A DNA stretch of 32,000 nt from Planctomycetales bacterium. Its GTDB lineage: Bacteria > 4484-113 > JAFGCY01. The DNA lies in contig CP060262.1 of the NCBI GenBank assembly GCA_022646745.1, forward strand, positions 810,001-842,000, read 5' to 3'. The notes under the pieces were generated by a model. The model was not told the origin of the DNA and ran no database searches. It saw nothing but the letters and a program-made list of their open reading frames with translations. The position numbers were made by a program, and so were the translations under genes. Shown piece by piece: positions 24,268 through 32,000 of the stretch; positions within the stretch are counted from its first letter, which is position 1, and each line of letters begins with the position of its first letter.

Positions 24268-26748
24268 TCAACGCTGCTGTGGCTCAAGCCCGTAGCCCAG
24301 CGCATCCAGCCCGACGCGGTAATCCGGTACGGGATAGCCCAGCACCAGCAGGGCATCGAGGCAGGCCCTGGCCCTGTGCCTGAATGCTTCAGTCACCAGA
24401 CCTGCATCCTGCTGCCTCGATCCGGCCGGCAAGGCACTGTCCAGCCTTGCCAGCAGGTCGGCATTGTCAACAACCAGGCACTGATACATTGCCAGTTCGA
24501 TCTGCTGCTCCGTGGCAACCTGCAGCGCTGCCTCCTGTAGCTCCCCGTCGACCCCCTGCATCCCGGCCAGCTGCACGATCAGCGCCGGGGGATACTGCCA
24601 GTCCGTGTTGCCCGGCTTGCCGCGCACCGGTGCTGCCATTGGCTCCCTTGCATGCTCTGCCAACAATTCCACCAGATCCGGATCAAGCCGCTTTGCGTTG
24701 TACTGCAGGCTGGGAATGTAATCCACCACTCCGGTTATCGGGTTCATGCTTTCCACGTAGTAGTCAACATTGGCATCATGCTCCAGCAGCAACTCGACAC
24801 ATCGCCGGACTTCTTCCATGTCAATCCGCTGCGAGTACGGGACCGTCTCGCTCATCAGCAGGTCCAGGCAGGATTGCAGGGCCGGCTTGCCTGACAATAT
24901 GCCATGCGCCTGTATCTCGATCAGGCCCCGGTCCGGGTCGGCACCATGCTCCAGCATCAGCCCCAGCAGTTCCGGCTCACCCAGCTGGGCCGCTGCCTGC
25001 ACCAGGCTGCGCACAAGCCCCGTATAGCCATCAGGGATTTCCACCGGTGCACCGTTGTCAAGCAATACCGCTGCGTTGTCAAGCCTCTGGTTCTGCACAG
25101 CCCTGACCAGTGCATCAAACAGTGACAGCGGGTTGTAGTCCCGCTGCAGGTTCTTCGCCTGCAGCATCGCGGCCAGGCAATCAGGGTCGCCATGCGCTGC
25201 GGCATACTGCAGTGGCCGCAGGTTTTCACCCGGCATCACGCTGAACTCGCCACTCTCCAGCCGCTGCTCCAGCTCCGCAAGCATGCCGGCGCGGCACAGG
25301 GCCTGCAGGGGAATCGCCGTGCCCTGCTCCTCCAGCGCGAGTACCACCTGCCTGTCCCCCAGTGATGCCGCCAGCAGCATCGCTCGCTGCACTGCCAGTT
25401 CGCGATCCGCCCGGTCCAGCTCCTCGAGCAGGCTGGCAAAGTTGTCCACTTGCCCGAAGGCCCCCGCCGTGACGATGTCCTCCCTGCCGCAGGCGCTGTA
25501 CATTGCTTCAGCCAGTTCGCGCCGGTCATCATCGATTGCCATGTAAAGCGGCGTATAGCCATTGTCGTTGGCCAGCAGCGGGTCCATTCCCAGCTCCACC
25601 AGCGCGACAATCTCCGCATCGGAATAGTCATCGCGCTCCAGCAGGTGGAACAGCGCATTGCGGCCCAGGTTGTCAGTCCGGTTCAGGTCCACGCCCCATT
25701 CCGCCAGCAGAGGATAGAGCCGCTTGTCATATGACGGCCAGCTGACAATCACGTCCATTAGTGTGAATCCAGGTGCGTTGCTGGGAGACACGAACTTATC
25801 ATCCTCGGCCATGATGTCCTGCCCGTTGTCAGCAAGGATCCGGAACACACCGGATTCGTCAGACACATCCCGCCCGATGAACTTCGCCTGGCCGAAACGG
25901 GTGGCCGTGAGATGCACCTGCTGGAACAGGCTGCCACCCCTCGCCGGGTCGGTATCAGGCAGTGTGTAGCCGCTGTCCAGCAGCAGCTGCAGCTTGCGTG
26001 ACTCATCCAGGCAGCCGGTGACCAGTGCAGTCGGATCCGACATAAGCTGATCGAAATGGGTTTCCCCCGCCAGCACCGCCTGCAGGCTCTCATAAGTCAT
26101 ATATGGCAGCATTTCGGCCAGCTTTGACAACCAGTTGCCATTCTCATCGCTGATCCCGCAGGCCTGCACCGCCTCCTGCAGCAACTGCTTGTCGCGCGGT
26201 GCGAATGTCCCCATCAGGCCCTGCTGCGCCTCATAGCTCAGCGTGGCCCCGTGGCCGGCCAGCATCCGCATCATCTCGCGGTCGCCATGCCGCAGTGCGG
26301 CGGCCAGCAGGCTGCCCTTGTCAGCCGGGCCGAGCTGCCCGCTCTCCTCCACACTGGCCAGCGCGACATCCGCCAGCTCCACATAGCCGAAGCTGACCGC
26401 CGCCCTGAGCAGGTCCACCTCATGTCCGGTCCGGCTGATTGATTCGCGCCGTGTTGCCAGTTCCTCGACAGCCGCCGCCTGGTCCTCACTCGCCAGCTCG
26501 ATCAGTGCCAGCCAGTCGCGCTCGGCCTCCTGCTTCGGTGGCGAAATCGATGCGAGGATCGCCTCCATTTCGAGGAAGTCCTCCGGCGAGGCGTGCGGCT
26601 CGAAGGCCGGCTGCGCATCTTCCCCGGCAGCATTGCCAGTCCCGCCAGTTGAAACCTGCAGTCCAGTTCCGCTTCCACTGCTTCCGCCGGAATTGCATCC
26701 CGCCAGCAGCAGCACAATCAATCCTGCCAGTATTTCCTGTGTCCTCAT
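24268..26748 (-). CDS. Ankyrin-repeat lipoprotein, paralogue 3
   Basis: 826 aa. Canonical lipobox LLLAGC followed by a G/S/T-rich tether. ANK motifs include GRNALFHLL...LVELGMDPLLANDNGYTPLYMAI and PLQYAAAHGDPDCLAAML. AGGAAAG RBS. Confidence 0.9.
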   Translation of the reverse strand: MRTQEILAGLIVLLLAGCNSGGSSGSGTGLQVSTGGTGNAAGEDAQPAFEPHASPEDFLEMEAILASISPPKQEAERDWLALIELASEDQAAAVEELATRRESISRTGHEVDLLRAAVSFGYVELADVALASVEESGQLGPADKGSLLAAALRHGDREMMRMLAGHGATLSYEAQQGLMGTFAPRDKQLLQEAVQACGISDENGNWLSKLAEMLPYMTYESLQAVLAGETHFDQLMSDPTALVTGCLDESRKLQLLLDSGYTLPDTDPARGGSLFQQVHLTATRFGQAKFIGRDVSDESGVFRILADNGQDIMAEDDKFVSPSNAPGFTLMDVIVSWPSYDKRLYPLLAEWGVDLNRTDNLGRNALFHLLERDDYSDAEIVALVELGMDPLLANDNGYTPLYMAIDDDRRELAEAMYSACGREDIVTAGAFGQVDNFASLLEELDRADRELAVQRAMLLAASLGDRQVVLALEEQGTAIPLQALCRAGMLAELEQRLESGEFSVMPGENLRPLQYAAAHGDPDCLAAMLQAKNLQRDYNPLSLFDALVRAVQNQRLDNAAVLLDNGAPVEIPDGYTGLVRSLVQAAAQLGEPELLGLMLEHGADPDRGLIEIQAHGILSGKPALQSCLDLLMSETVPYSQRIDMEEVRRCVELLLEHDANVDYYVESMNPITGVVDYIPSLQYNAKRLDPDLVELLAEHAREPMAAPVRGKPGNTDWQYPPALIVQLAGMQGVDGELQEAALQVATEQQIELAMYQCLVVDNADLLARLDSALPAGSRQQDAGLVTEAFRHRARACLDALLVLGYPVPDYRVGLDALGYGLEPQQR

Positions 26749-26770
26749 ATTGCTTTCCTGGCGAACAGCC

Positions 26771-29254
26771 TCAGTAGATCAGTTCATAGCTCCTGAAAGC
26801 CCCGAGCCGGCCCAGCAGTGCCTCCTCGTAGGATGGCAGTGGAAACATCAGTTCCAGCGCCTGTTCCATGCAACGCGGCGCATCCTGCGCCAGGCAGGCA
26901 TTGACAACCTCCTTGCCATCGTCGGCCGTGATCCGACGACCAAGCCTCGCGTTCAGCACTGCCAGCAGGCCAGCGTTGTCAGTTTCCGCACAGGCCGCCA
27001 TAGCCATGACCAGGTCCCCGTATTCCGCCCCGGGCAGGAACTGCTCAAGTATCGCCTGGTCCAGCCCCGGGATCTCCAGCAGCTGCGCCAGCAGGCCCGG
27101 CATGCGAAACGGCAAGGGCCTGCTGGACAGCTCGCCACCGATCGTGCGAGCCTGCGGGTTGGCACCGTACTCCAGCATCAGCTGCAGCATCGGCAGGTTC
27201 TTTTCGTAGATCACCTGCAGCAGGACCGGCGCATACTCCTCCCTGCCCCCGTATCCACGGTCAGTGTAGAAATCCGGGTTGGCACCCGCCTCCAGCAGCA
27301 TGCGCATGCGGCCGAGCTGCACCGCCGGGCCGTCCGGCATGTCGTCAAAGTAATAGTGCGATGTCACCCTGTCCAGCGCTGGCTCGCCGACCATGATGTC
27401 ATGTTGCTGGTTGTGCACCAGACCGTAGTCCGGGTCCGCGCCCCATTCCAGCAGCCACTGCAGCATCTCCGGGCTGTCCCGCGTGGCGGCAGTTCCCAGC
27501 AGCGGACTGTCAAAATCCTCCAGCCCACCGGGTTTCTCGATCTGTGCACCAGCATCAATCAATGCCTTGGCAACATCATTCATTTCAACCATCAGTGCAA
27601 GGTCCAGCATGCGGTACAGGTCGTCATCGTCCAGCCCGCTGCGGATCCGCTCATCCGCCAGCAGGCTTGCCACCGCCTGCGGACGCTCGGCATGCATTGC
27701 CAGCCGCACCGGATGCTCGAACTCCACTCCGGGAGGCAGGTAATCACCACTGGCCAGGTGGGCCTGCAGTTCCGCGGCCAGCTCCGGCAGGAACAGCGCC
27801 GGAAGCGTTGGACTGTAGCCCATTGCCAGGATCGCCCGTACCGTCGCCGCATCCTCACGCTTCGCCGCAATCTCCATTGCCAGCGCGGCGGCCGCCGCAG
27901 CCTCCTGCGGACCAAGCCCCGCCAGCCCCTCACTGAACTGCCCAAGCTCTCCCAGCCCGCCCTGCGCCGCCGGATCGGGCACGGTCGCAAGTGCCAGCAA
28001 TGCCTGTCCCAGTTCCTCCCGTCCGGCCAGCAGGGCCAGGTCCGCCGGAGTGCGGCCCTCCTTGTCACGCAGGTCGGGGTCGAGCCCCAGTGCCACCAGC
28101 TGCCGCACATCTTCCGCCGTGCCGTAGTCGCGGAAGCTGAGCGCATGCAGCGCATTACGGCCTTCCTCGTCAACACTGTCCAGCGCTACGCCCCACTCGG
28201 CCAGCAGCGCATACATCGACAGGTCGGGGGAAGGGTAGGTCACGACGTAGTCCAGCGCACTCATGCCCTCGCTGTCTTCCCCGGCCGGCAGTGCGGCCAG
28301 CTCGTGGATGTCGAATCCCATCGTTGCCAGGATGCGCATCAGGCCCGCCTCGTCCTTCACCTGCACGTCATTGTCCTCGGCATAGCGGTACTGTATTGCC
28401 AGCGAGTGCAGCGCCTGCATCGGGTGCTCCCCGTCCCTGCCAATCAATGGTGCCAGCCTGTAGCCGTGTTCCACCAGCAGGGCGAACTTCGCTGAATCAT
28501 CCAGGCAGGCATTCAGCAGGGATGTCCCCTTGTCCGGCTCGGAGGCCAGGGTGCCGCTGCGTTCCAGCAGGGCCAGCAGTTCCGTTTCGTCGACAAACGG
28601 CATAATGCGGGCGATCGTTGAACCGGTGCTCTGGTTGCTCTCTGCCAGCGCAGCGCTGCCAGCCAACTGTCCCAGCAGTTCGGCCCGCGGCCCCTCCAGT
28701 CCCCGGCCGGCCAGGAAGCTCAGGCAGTCATCCTCCAGCCTGGCTCCGGCTGCTGCCAGCACCAGAGCCATGTCCACGTCCCCGACGCTGACCGCCCTTG
28801 TCAGCAGGTTGTCCAGCTCAAGCTGCTGAGGGAATCCCTGCCCGGACAACTGCTCGATGTATGCCTGCGCCAGTTCGCCGAAGCCGAACTCAACCGCGAA
28901 GGCCAGCAGCGAGTAATCCTGGCAGTTGCGGCTGTGCTCAAAACCGCTGAATAGCGAAGGTTCCTCCGGCGGGGGTGCCGGCAGGGAGAGCAGCATCGCG
29001 ATCGCGGCCTGCTCATCCCTTGCCGCCTGTTCCAGTACAGCCACCCAGTCGCGGGCATGTGCATCCTCCGGCGGGCTCTGTGCCGCCAGCATTGCCTCCG
29101 CCGCCAGGAATTCCTCCAGCACGGGCTGCGGCAGCCAGACCATTGAATCATCAGGCCACTGTGCCTGCGCTGCCTTTGTAGCCGTGAGCATTGCCAACAG
29201 GCATACTGTTGCCAGCATGCCGGTTCCCTGCCCCTGAGCTAAACCTGTCCGCAT
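26771..29254 (-). CDS. Ankyrin-repeat secreted protein (SPase I-type signal), paralogue 2
   Basis: I chose the start at 29254 (MRTGLAQGQGTGMLATVCLLAMLTATKAAQA), with GGGGGGAGG ending 6 nt upstream. The track ORF starts at a GTG at 29317. ANK motifs include GRNALHALS...LVALGLDPDLRDKEGRTPADLALLAGREELGQALL. Confidence 0.85.
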   Translation of the reverse strand: MRTGLAQGQGTGMLATVCLLAMLTATKAAQAQWPDDSMVWLPQPVLEEFLAAEAMLAAQSPPEDAHARDWVAVLEQAARDEQAAIAMLLSLPAPPPEEPSLFSGFEHSRNCQDYSLLAFAVEFGFGELAQAYIEQLSGQGFPQQLELDNLLTRAVSVGDVDMALVLAAAGARLEDDCLSFLAGRGLEGPRAELLGQLAGSAALAESNQSTGSTIARIMPFVDETELLALLERSGTLASEPDKGTSLLNACLDDSAKFALLVEHGYRLAPLIGRDGEHPMQALHSLAIQYRYAEDNDVQVKDEAGLMRILATMGFDIHELAALPAGEDSEGMSALDYVVTYPSPDLSMYALLAEWGVALDSVDEEGRNALHALSFRDYGTAEDVRQLVALGLDPDLRDKEGRTPADLALLAGREELGQALLALATVPDPAAQGGLGELGQFSEGLAGLGPQEAAAAAALAMEIAAKREDAATVRAILAMGYSPTLPALFLPELAAELQAHLASGDYLPPGVEFEHPVRLAMHAERPQAVASLLADERIRSGLDDDDLYRMLDLALMVEMNDVAKALIDAGAQIEKPGGLEDFDSPLLGTAATRDSPEMLQWLLEWGADPDYGLVHNQQHDIMVGEPALDRVTSHYYFDDMPDGPAVQLGRMRMLLEAGANPDFYTDRGYGGREEYAPVLLQVIYEKNLPMLQLMLEYGANPQARTIGGELSSRPLPFRMPGLLAQLLEIPGLDQAILEQFLPGAEYGDLVMAMAACAETDNAGLLAVLNARLGRRITADDGKEVVNACLAQDAPRCMEQALELMFPLPSYEEALLGRLGAFRSYELIY

Positions 29255-29337
29255 ATGCATCCTCCCCCCGCAGCGCATTCCACTGGCCCTGTCAGCCAGT
29301 GCAGCGGCCGCAGTCACTGTTTCCAGTCTATCAGCAT

Positions 29338-31917
29338 TCAGAACATTGACGGGAACTGCAATGCTGCCCCGGCGGCCAGCGCCGACACCAGCTCGTCCCC
29401 TTCGGGCAGGTCATATCCCGCATCAATCATCATTTCCACCGCTGTCGGCTGCATGTACATCACCGCCTGCAGCAGCATCTGCTGCTGAGCTTCCACAGCC
29501 GGCATCGCGTCAAGGTTCCCGAGCAGCAAAGGGAAGAGGTCCATGCGCTGCTGCCCAAGGCAGGCTTCCACGCCCATCAGCAGTTCATCGTCAGGCATCC
29601 GCTCGAAATACTCCCTTGCGGTTTCCGTATCCAGCTGGTCCATCCGGCAGAGGTTGGCAGCGAGGCTTACATACCATGAGAAATAGGCAGGCTCCTCCAG
29701 GGTATTGATCACCCCCTGCGATGGGTCAGCACCGATCTCAAGCATTGCCTTCATCACTTCCGGGTCGCCTCCGAAACTGACAATGTTCAGCAGCGGCAGG
29801 TAGTCAGCCCTCAGGCGGTCCTCTCCATAGGCGATGTAGTAATCCGCACGTGCGCCATACTCGGCCAGCAGTCTGATCACGCCCGTGCGGCTGATCTCCA
29901 CTCCATCCACCGGGTCGTCGTCGTCACCGAAGCACCATGCGTTCATCGGGCCGAGCCCGACCGTGATTTCGTACTCCTCAATCTCCTCCAGGCCACGGTT
30001 CGGATCCACTCCATGTTCCAGCAGGATCCGCACCCCGTCCATCCAGCCCAGCTGCACCGCCCGGTTGAGCGGGTCATGCTCCATCGTGCGGCCGTCATAA
30101 GGCGCGCTTGCCCTGGCACCATGTCCAAGCAGCAGCTCAAGCTGGCCTGCTCCATAGCTGTTCACCGCGACCAGCACGGCAGCGGCGAGGTCGGCCTCCG
30201 TCAGCCAGCGTGAGTACGGCTCAAAGTCCAGGAGCGTTGCCAATATGTCAGCTTCATGCTGGCGCACCGCCAGCTCCAGGCTGTGACCCAGCCCACTGCT
30301 TCCCTGCACGACATAATTGCCGGCTTCCAGCTGTCTGGCGAGGTAATCCGGGCTTCCGCAACTGATCAGCGTTTCGAGCGGTATGCCCCAACCCATTGCC
30401 GACAGTTCATTCAGCGTCGCCAGCTTGCCGGCCTGGCTCGCCGCCAGCATGCACCTGCGTACCATCGCATCCTGTTCCTGCCCTGACAACACAGACAGTC
30501 CGGCGATGCAGTCCTCCGTGTTGCCGAGCATCGCCAGCACAGGCAGGTCAGTAAGCCCTGAATCCCCTAGCAGGAGCGTTGCCAGCTCCCTGCGGCCAGC
30601 CTGCAGTGCGAGGCTGACTGCAGTCTGCCCCTCTTCGTCCCGCTGCAGCGGATCTGCTCCGAGTTCAACCAGCGCCAGCAGCGCTGCATCCGGTACCTGA
30701 GCACGTGCGCCGAGCATCCGGTGCAGGATGTTGCCACCATTGCGCATCTCGCCGTTTAGCGTCCCGGCCAGCTCCAGGATGTAGCGGTAGAATGCCAGTG
30801 TGCCCTGCGGGTCGTTCTCCCAGTCCGCCAGCTTGGGCCCATAGGCGGTCATTGCCCGGTCTGCCGAGCGGTATCCCGGTGCCCGATCCGGCCGTTCCAC
30901 GGCCCTTGCCGCCGCGTGCATGTCCAGCCCCTGCTTTTCAAACTGCCTGAACAGCTCCAGCAGTGCTGCCCTGCGCCAGTCACCTTCCACATAGGTCGCC
31001 GCGTGCAAAACCGTATCCGCCAGTGGATCAAAGTCCATCTCACGGCAGTACTGCTGAAGGTCCATTCCGTGTTCCACCAGCAGCTCCAGTTTCGCCGGAT
31101 CGCCGATGCACATCGGGGGCAGGAAGTAATAATTGTCATAATCACCGTCAAGCGCAAATGGCAGGTCCCGCGGGCAGATTTCATCTAGCTCCTCAATGCT
31201 CAGTTCCTGCAGCAGCACACTGAGGCAGTCCATCCATTCGCCACCGTCCTCGCGCAGGCCGCAGCTGCGCAGTGCTGCCATCATGAATCCGTGATCAATC
31301 CTCCCCTCGTGCAGCTCATGCAGCAGGGTCTCGCAGCTGGTCCTGCCGAGCTTTGCACCATGCTCGCCAAACAGCTCAATGATGCCTGCCTGCCCCTCCC
31401 GGATCGCCCGCTGCAGCAGCATGTCCATCACCTGCCTGACTTCCTCGTCGGAAGCACTGCCCTTGCCATCCGGGAACCCTTCCATGGAAATGAACCGGTC
31501 GGCCAGCTCGGGGCAGCCGCAGGGTATCGCATTGAGCAGGACGTCCATTGCCAGCACAGGCAATTCCGCACCTTGCTCAATCTCCGGCATGGCCGCAATT
31601 GCCGCCGCCTCATCCGTCTGCATCAGCCGCAGCACCTCCAGCCAGCCGGCATTCGAAGCGTCCATCTCAAACCCCGCGCTTTCCAGCAGTGCGAGGGTCT
31701 CCAATGCCTGCGGGATCCGGCTGCCCTCTCCGTAGGCATAGCTGTCCAGTGCCATTCCCATCATGAAATCCTGGCTCCATTTCAGAGCGGTTTCATCAGT
31801 CAGATGGGAAACAGCGCCTGAATCCAATTCTTCCCCGGCCTGCGCCAGCACATTGCCGGACTGCAGCAGCAGGCAGCCGGATGCGGCCAGCAGCGCCACG
31901 ATCAGCTTCCAGTTCAT
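29338..31917 (-). CDS. Ankyrin-repeat secreted protein, paralogue 1 (first gene of the array)
   Basis: 859 aa. Signal peptide MNWKLIVALLAASGCLLLQSGNVLAQA. ANK motifs include GNILHRML...LVELGADPLQRDEEGQTAVSLALQAGRRELATLLL. It shares conserved blocks with the other five genes. Confidence 0.85.
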   Translation of the reverse strand: MNWKLIVALLAASGCLLLQSGNVLAQAGEELDSGAVSHLTDETALKWSQDFMMGMALDSYAYGEGSRIPQALETLALLESAGFEMDASNAGWLEVLRLMQTDEAAAIAAMPEIEQGAELPVLAMDVLLNAIPCGCPELADRFISMEGFPDGKGSASDEEVRQVMDMLLQRAIREGQAGIIELFGEHGAKLGRTSCETLLHELHEGRIDHGFMMAALRSCGLREDGGEWMDCLSVLLQELSIEELDEICPRDLPFALDGDYDNYYFLPPMCIGDPAKLELLVEHGMDLQQYCREMDFDPLADTVLHAATYVEGDWRRAALLELFRQFEKQGLDMHAAARAVERPDRAPGYRSADRAMTAYGPKLADWENDPQGTLAFYRYILELAGTLNGEMRNGGNILHRMLGARAQVPDAALLALVELGADPLQRDEEGQTAVSLALQAGRRELATLLLGDSGLTDLPVLAMLGNTEDCIAGLSVLSGQEQDAMVRRCMLAASQAGKLATLNELSAMGWGIPLETLISCGSPDYLARQLEAGNYVVQGSSGLGHSLELAVRQHEADILATLLDFEPYSRWLTEADLAAAVLVAVNSYGAGQLELLLGHGARASAPYDGRTMEHDPLNRAVQLGWMDGVRILLEHGVDPNRGLEEIEEYEITVGLGPMNAWCFGDDDDPVDGVEISRTGVIRLLAEYGARADYYIAYGEDRLRADYLPLLNIVSFGGDPEVMKAMLEIGADPSQGVINTLEEPAYFSWYVSLAANLCRMDQLDTETAREYFERMPDDELLMGVEACLGQQRMDLFPLLLGNLDAMPAVEAQQQMLLQAVMYMQPTAVEMMIDAGYDLPEGDELVSALAAGAALQFPSMF

Positions 31918-32000
31918 GGACTGATCATAGCAAGTCGGAATTCAGATCCTGCTGTTTACGCCACCCTCAGCCCGGGTAATACATCTGGTTTGGCCCAGGC

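Overview
GC-rich bacterial chromosomal window. I saw no rRNA, CRISPR array, transposase, integrase or phage genes. From left to right:

- **1-6.2 kb, late flagellar locus.** It holds a 5'-truncated, unusually long flgL, then a yviE-like gene and fliW. Two opposite-strand paralogous membrane-anchored beta-propeller-like genes interrupt the locus. No csrA follows fliW.
- **6.2-6.9 kb.** Two tiny hydrophobic ORFs lie on the minus strand, followed by a heptad-repeat array and tRNA-Ser(GCU).
- **7-16.5 kb, stress and detoxification genes.** These are two VOC/glyoxalase-fold proteins, a DinB-like protein, a YfiT-like protein, a P1B-4 type heavy-metal ATPase and an aldo/keto reductase. Also here are a 1026-aa lipoprotein with a dockerin-like repeat pair and a small exported-protein gene.
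- **The small exported-protein gene (14382-14858).** It carries an in-frame TGA and is bracketed by two palindromic elements built from AGAC heptads.
- **16.5-31.9 kb, the most unusual content.** Six head-to-tail, minus-strand, diverged paralogues of about 830-880 aa encode exported ankyrin-repeat proteins, either lipoproteins or signal-peptide proteins. They share family-specific N- and C-terminal modules and are tightly spaced, with one TGATG stop/start overlap. One member is split by a single-nucleotide frameshift.

A second recurring theme is short tandem heptanucleotide arrays in several intergenic spacers. All functional calls rest on motif recognition by eye and need HMM or BLAST confirmation.
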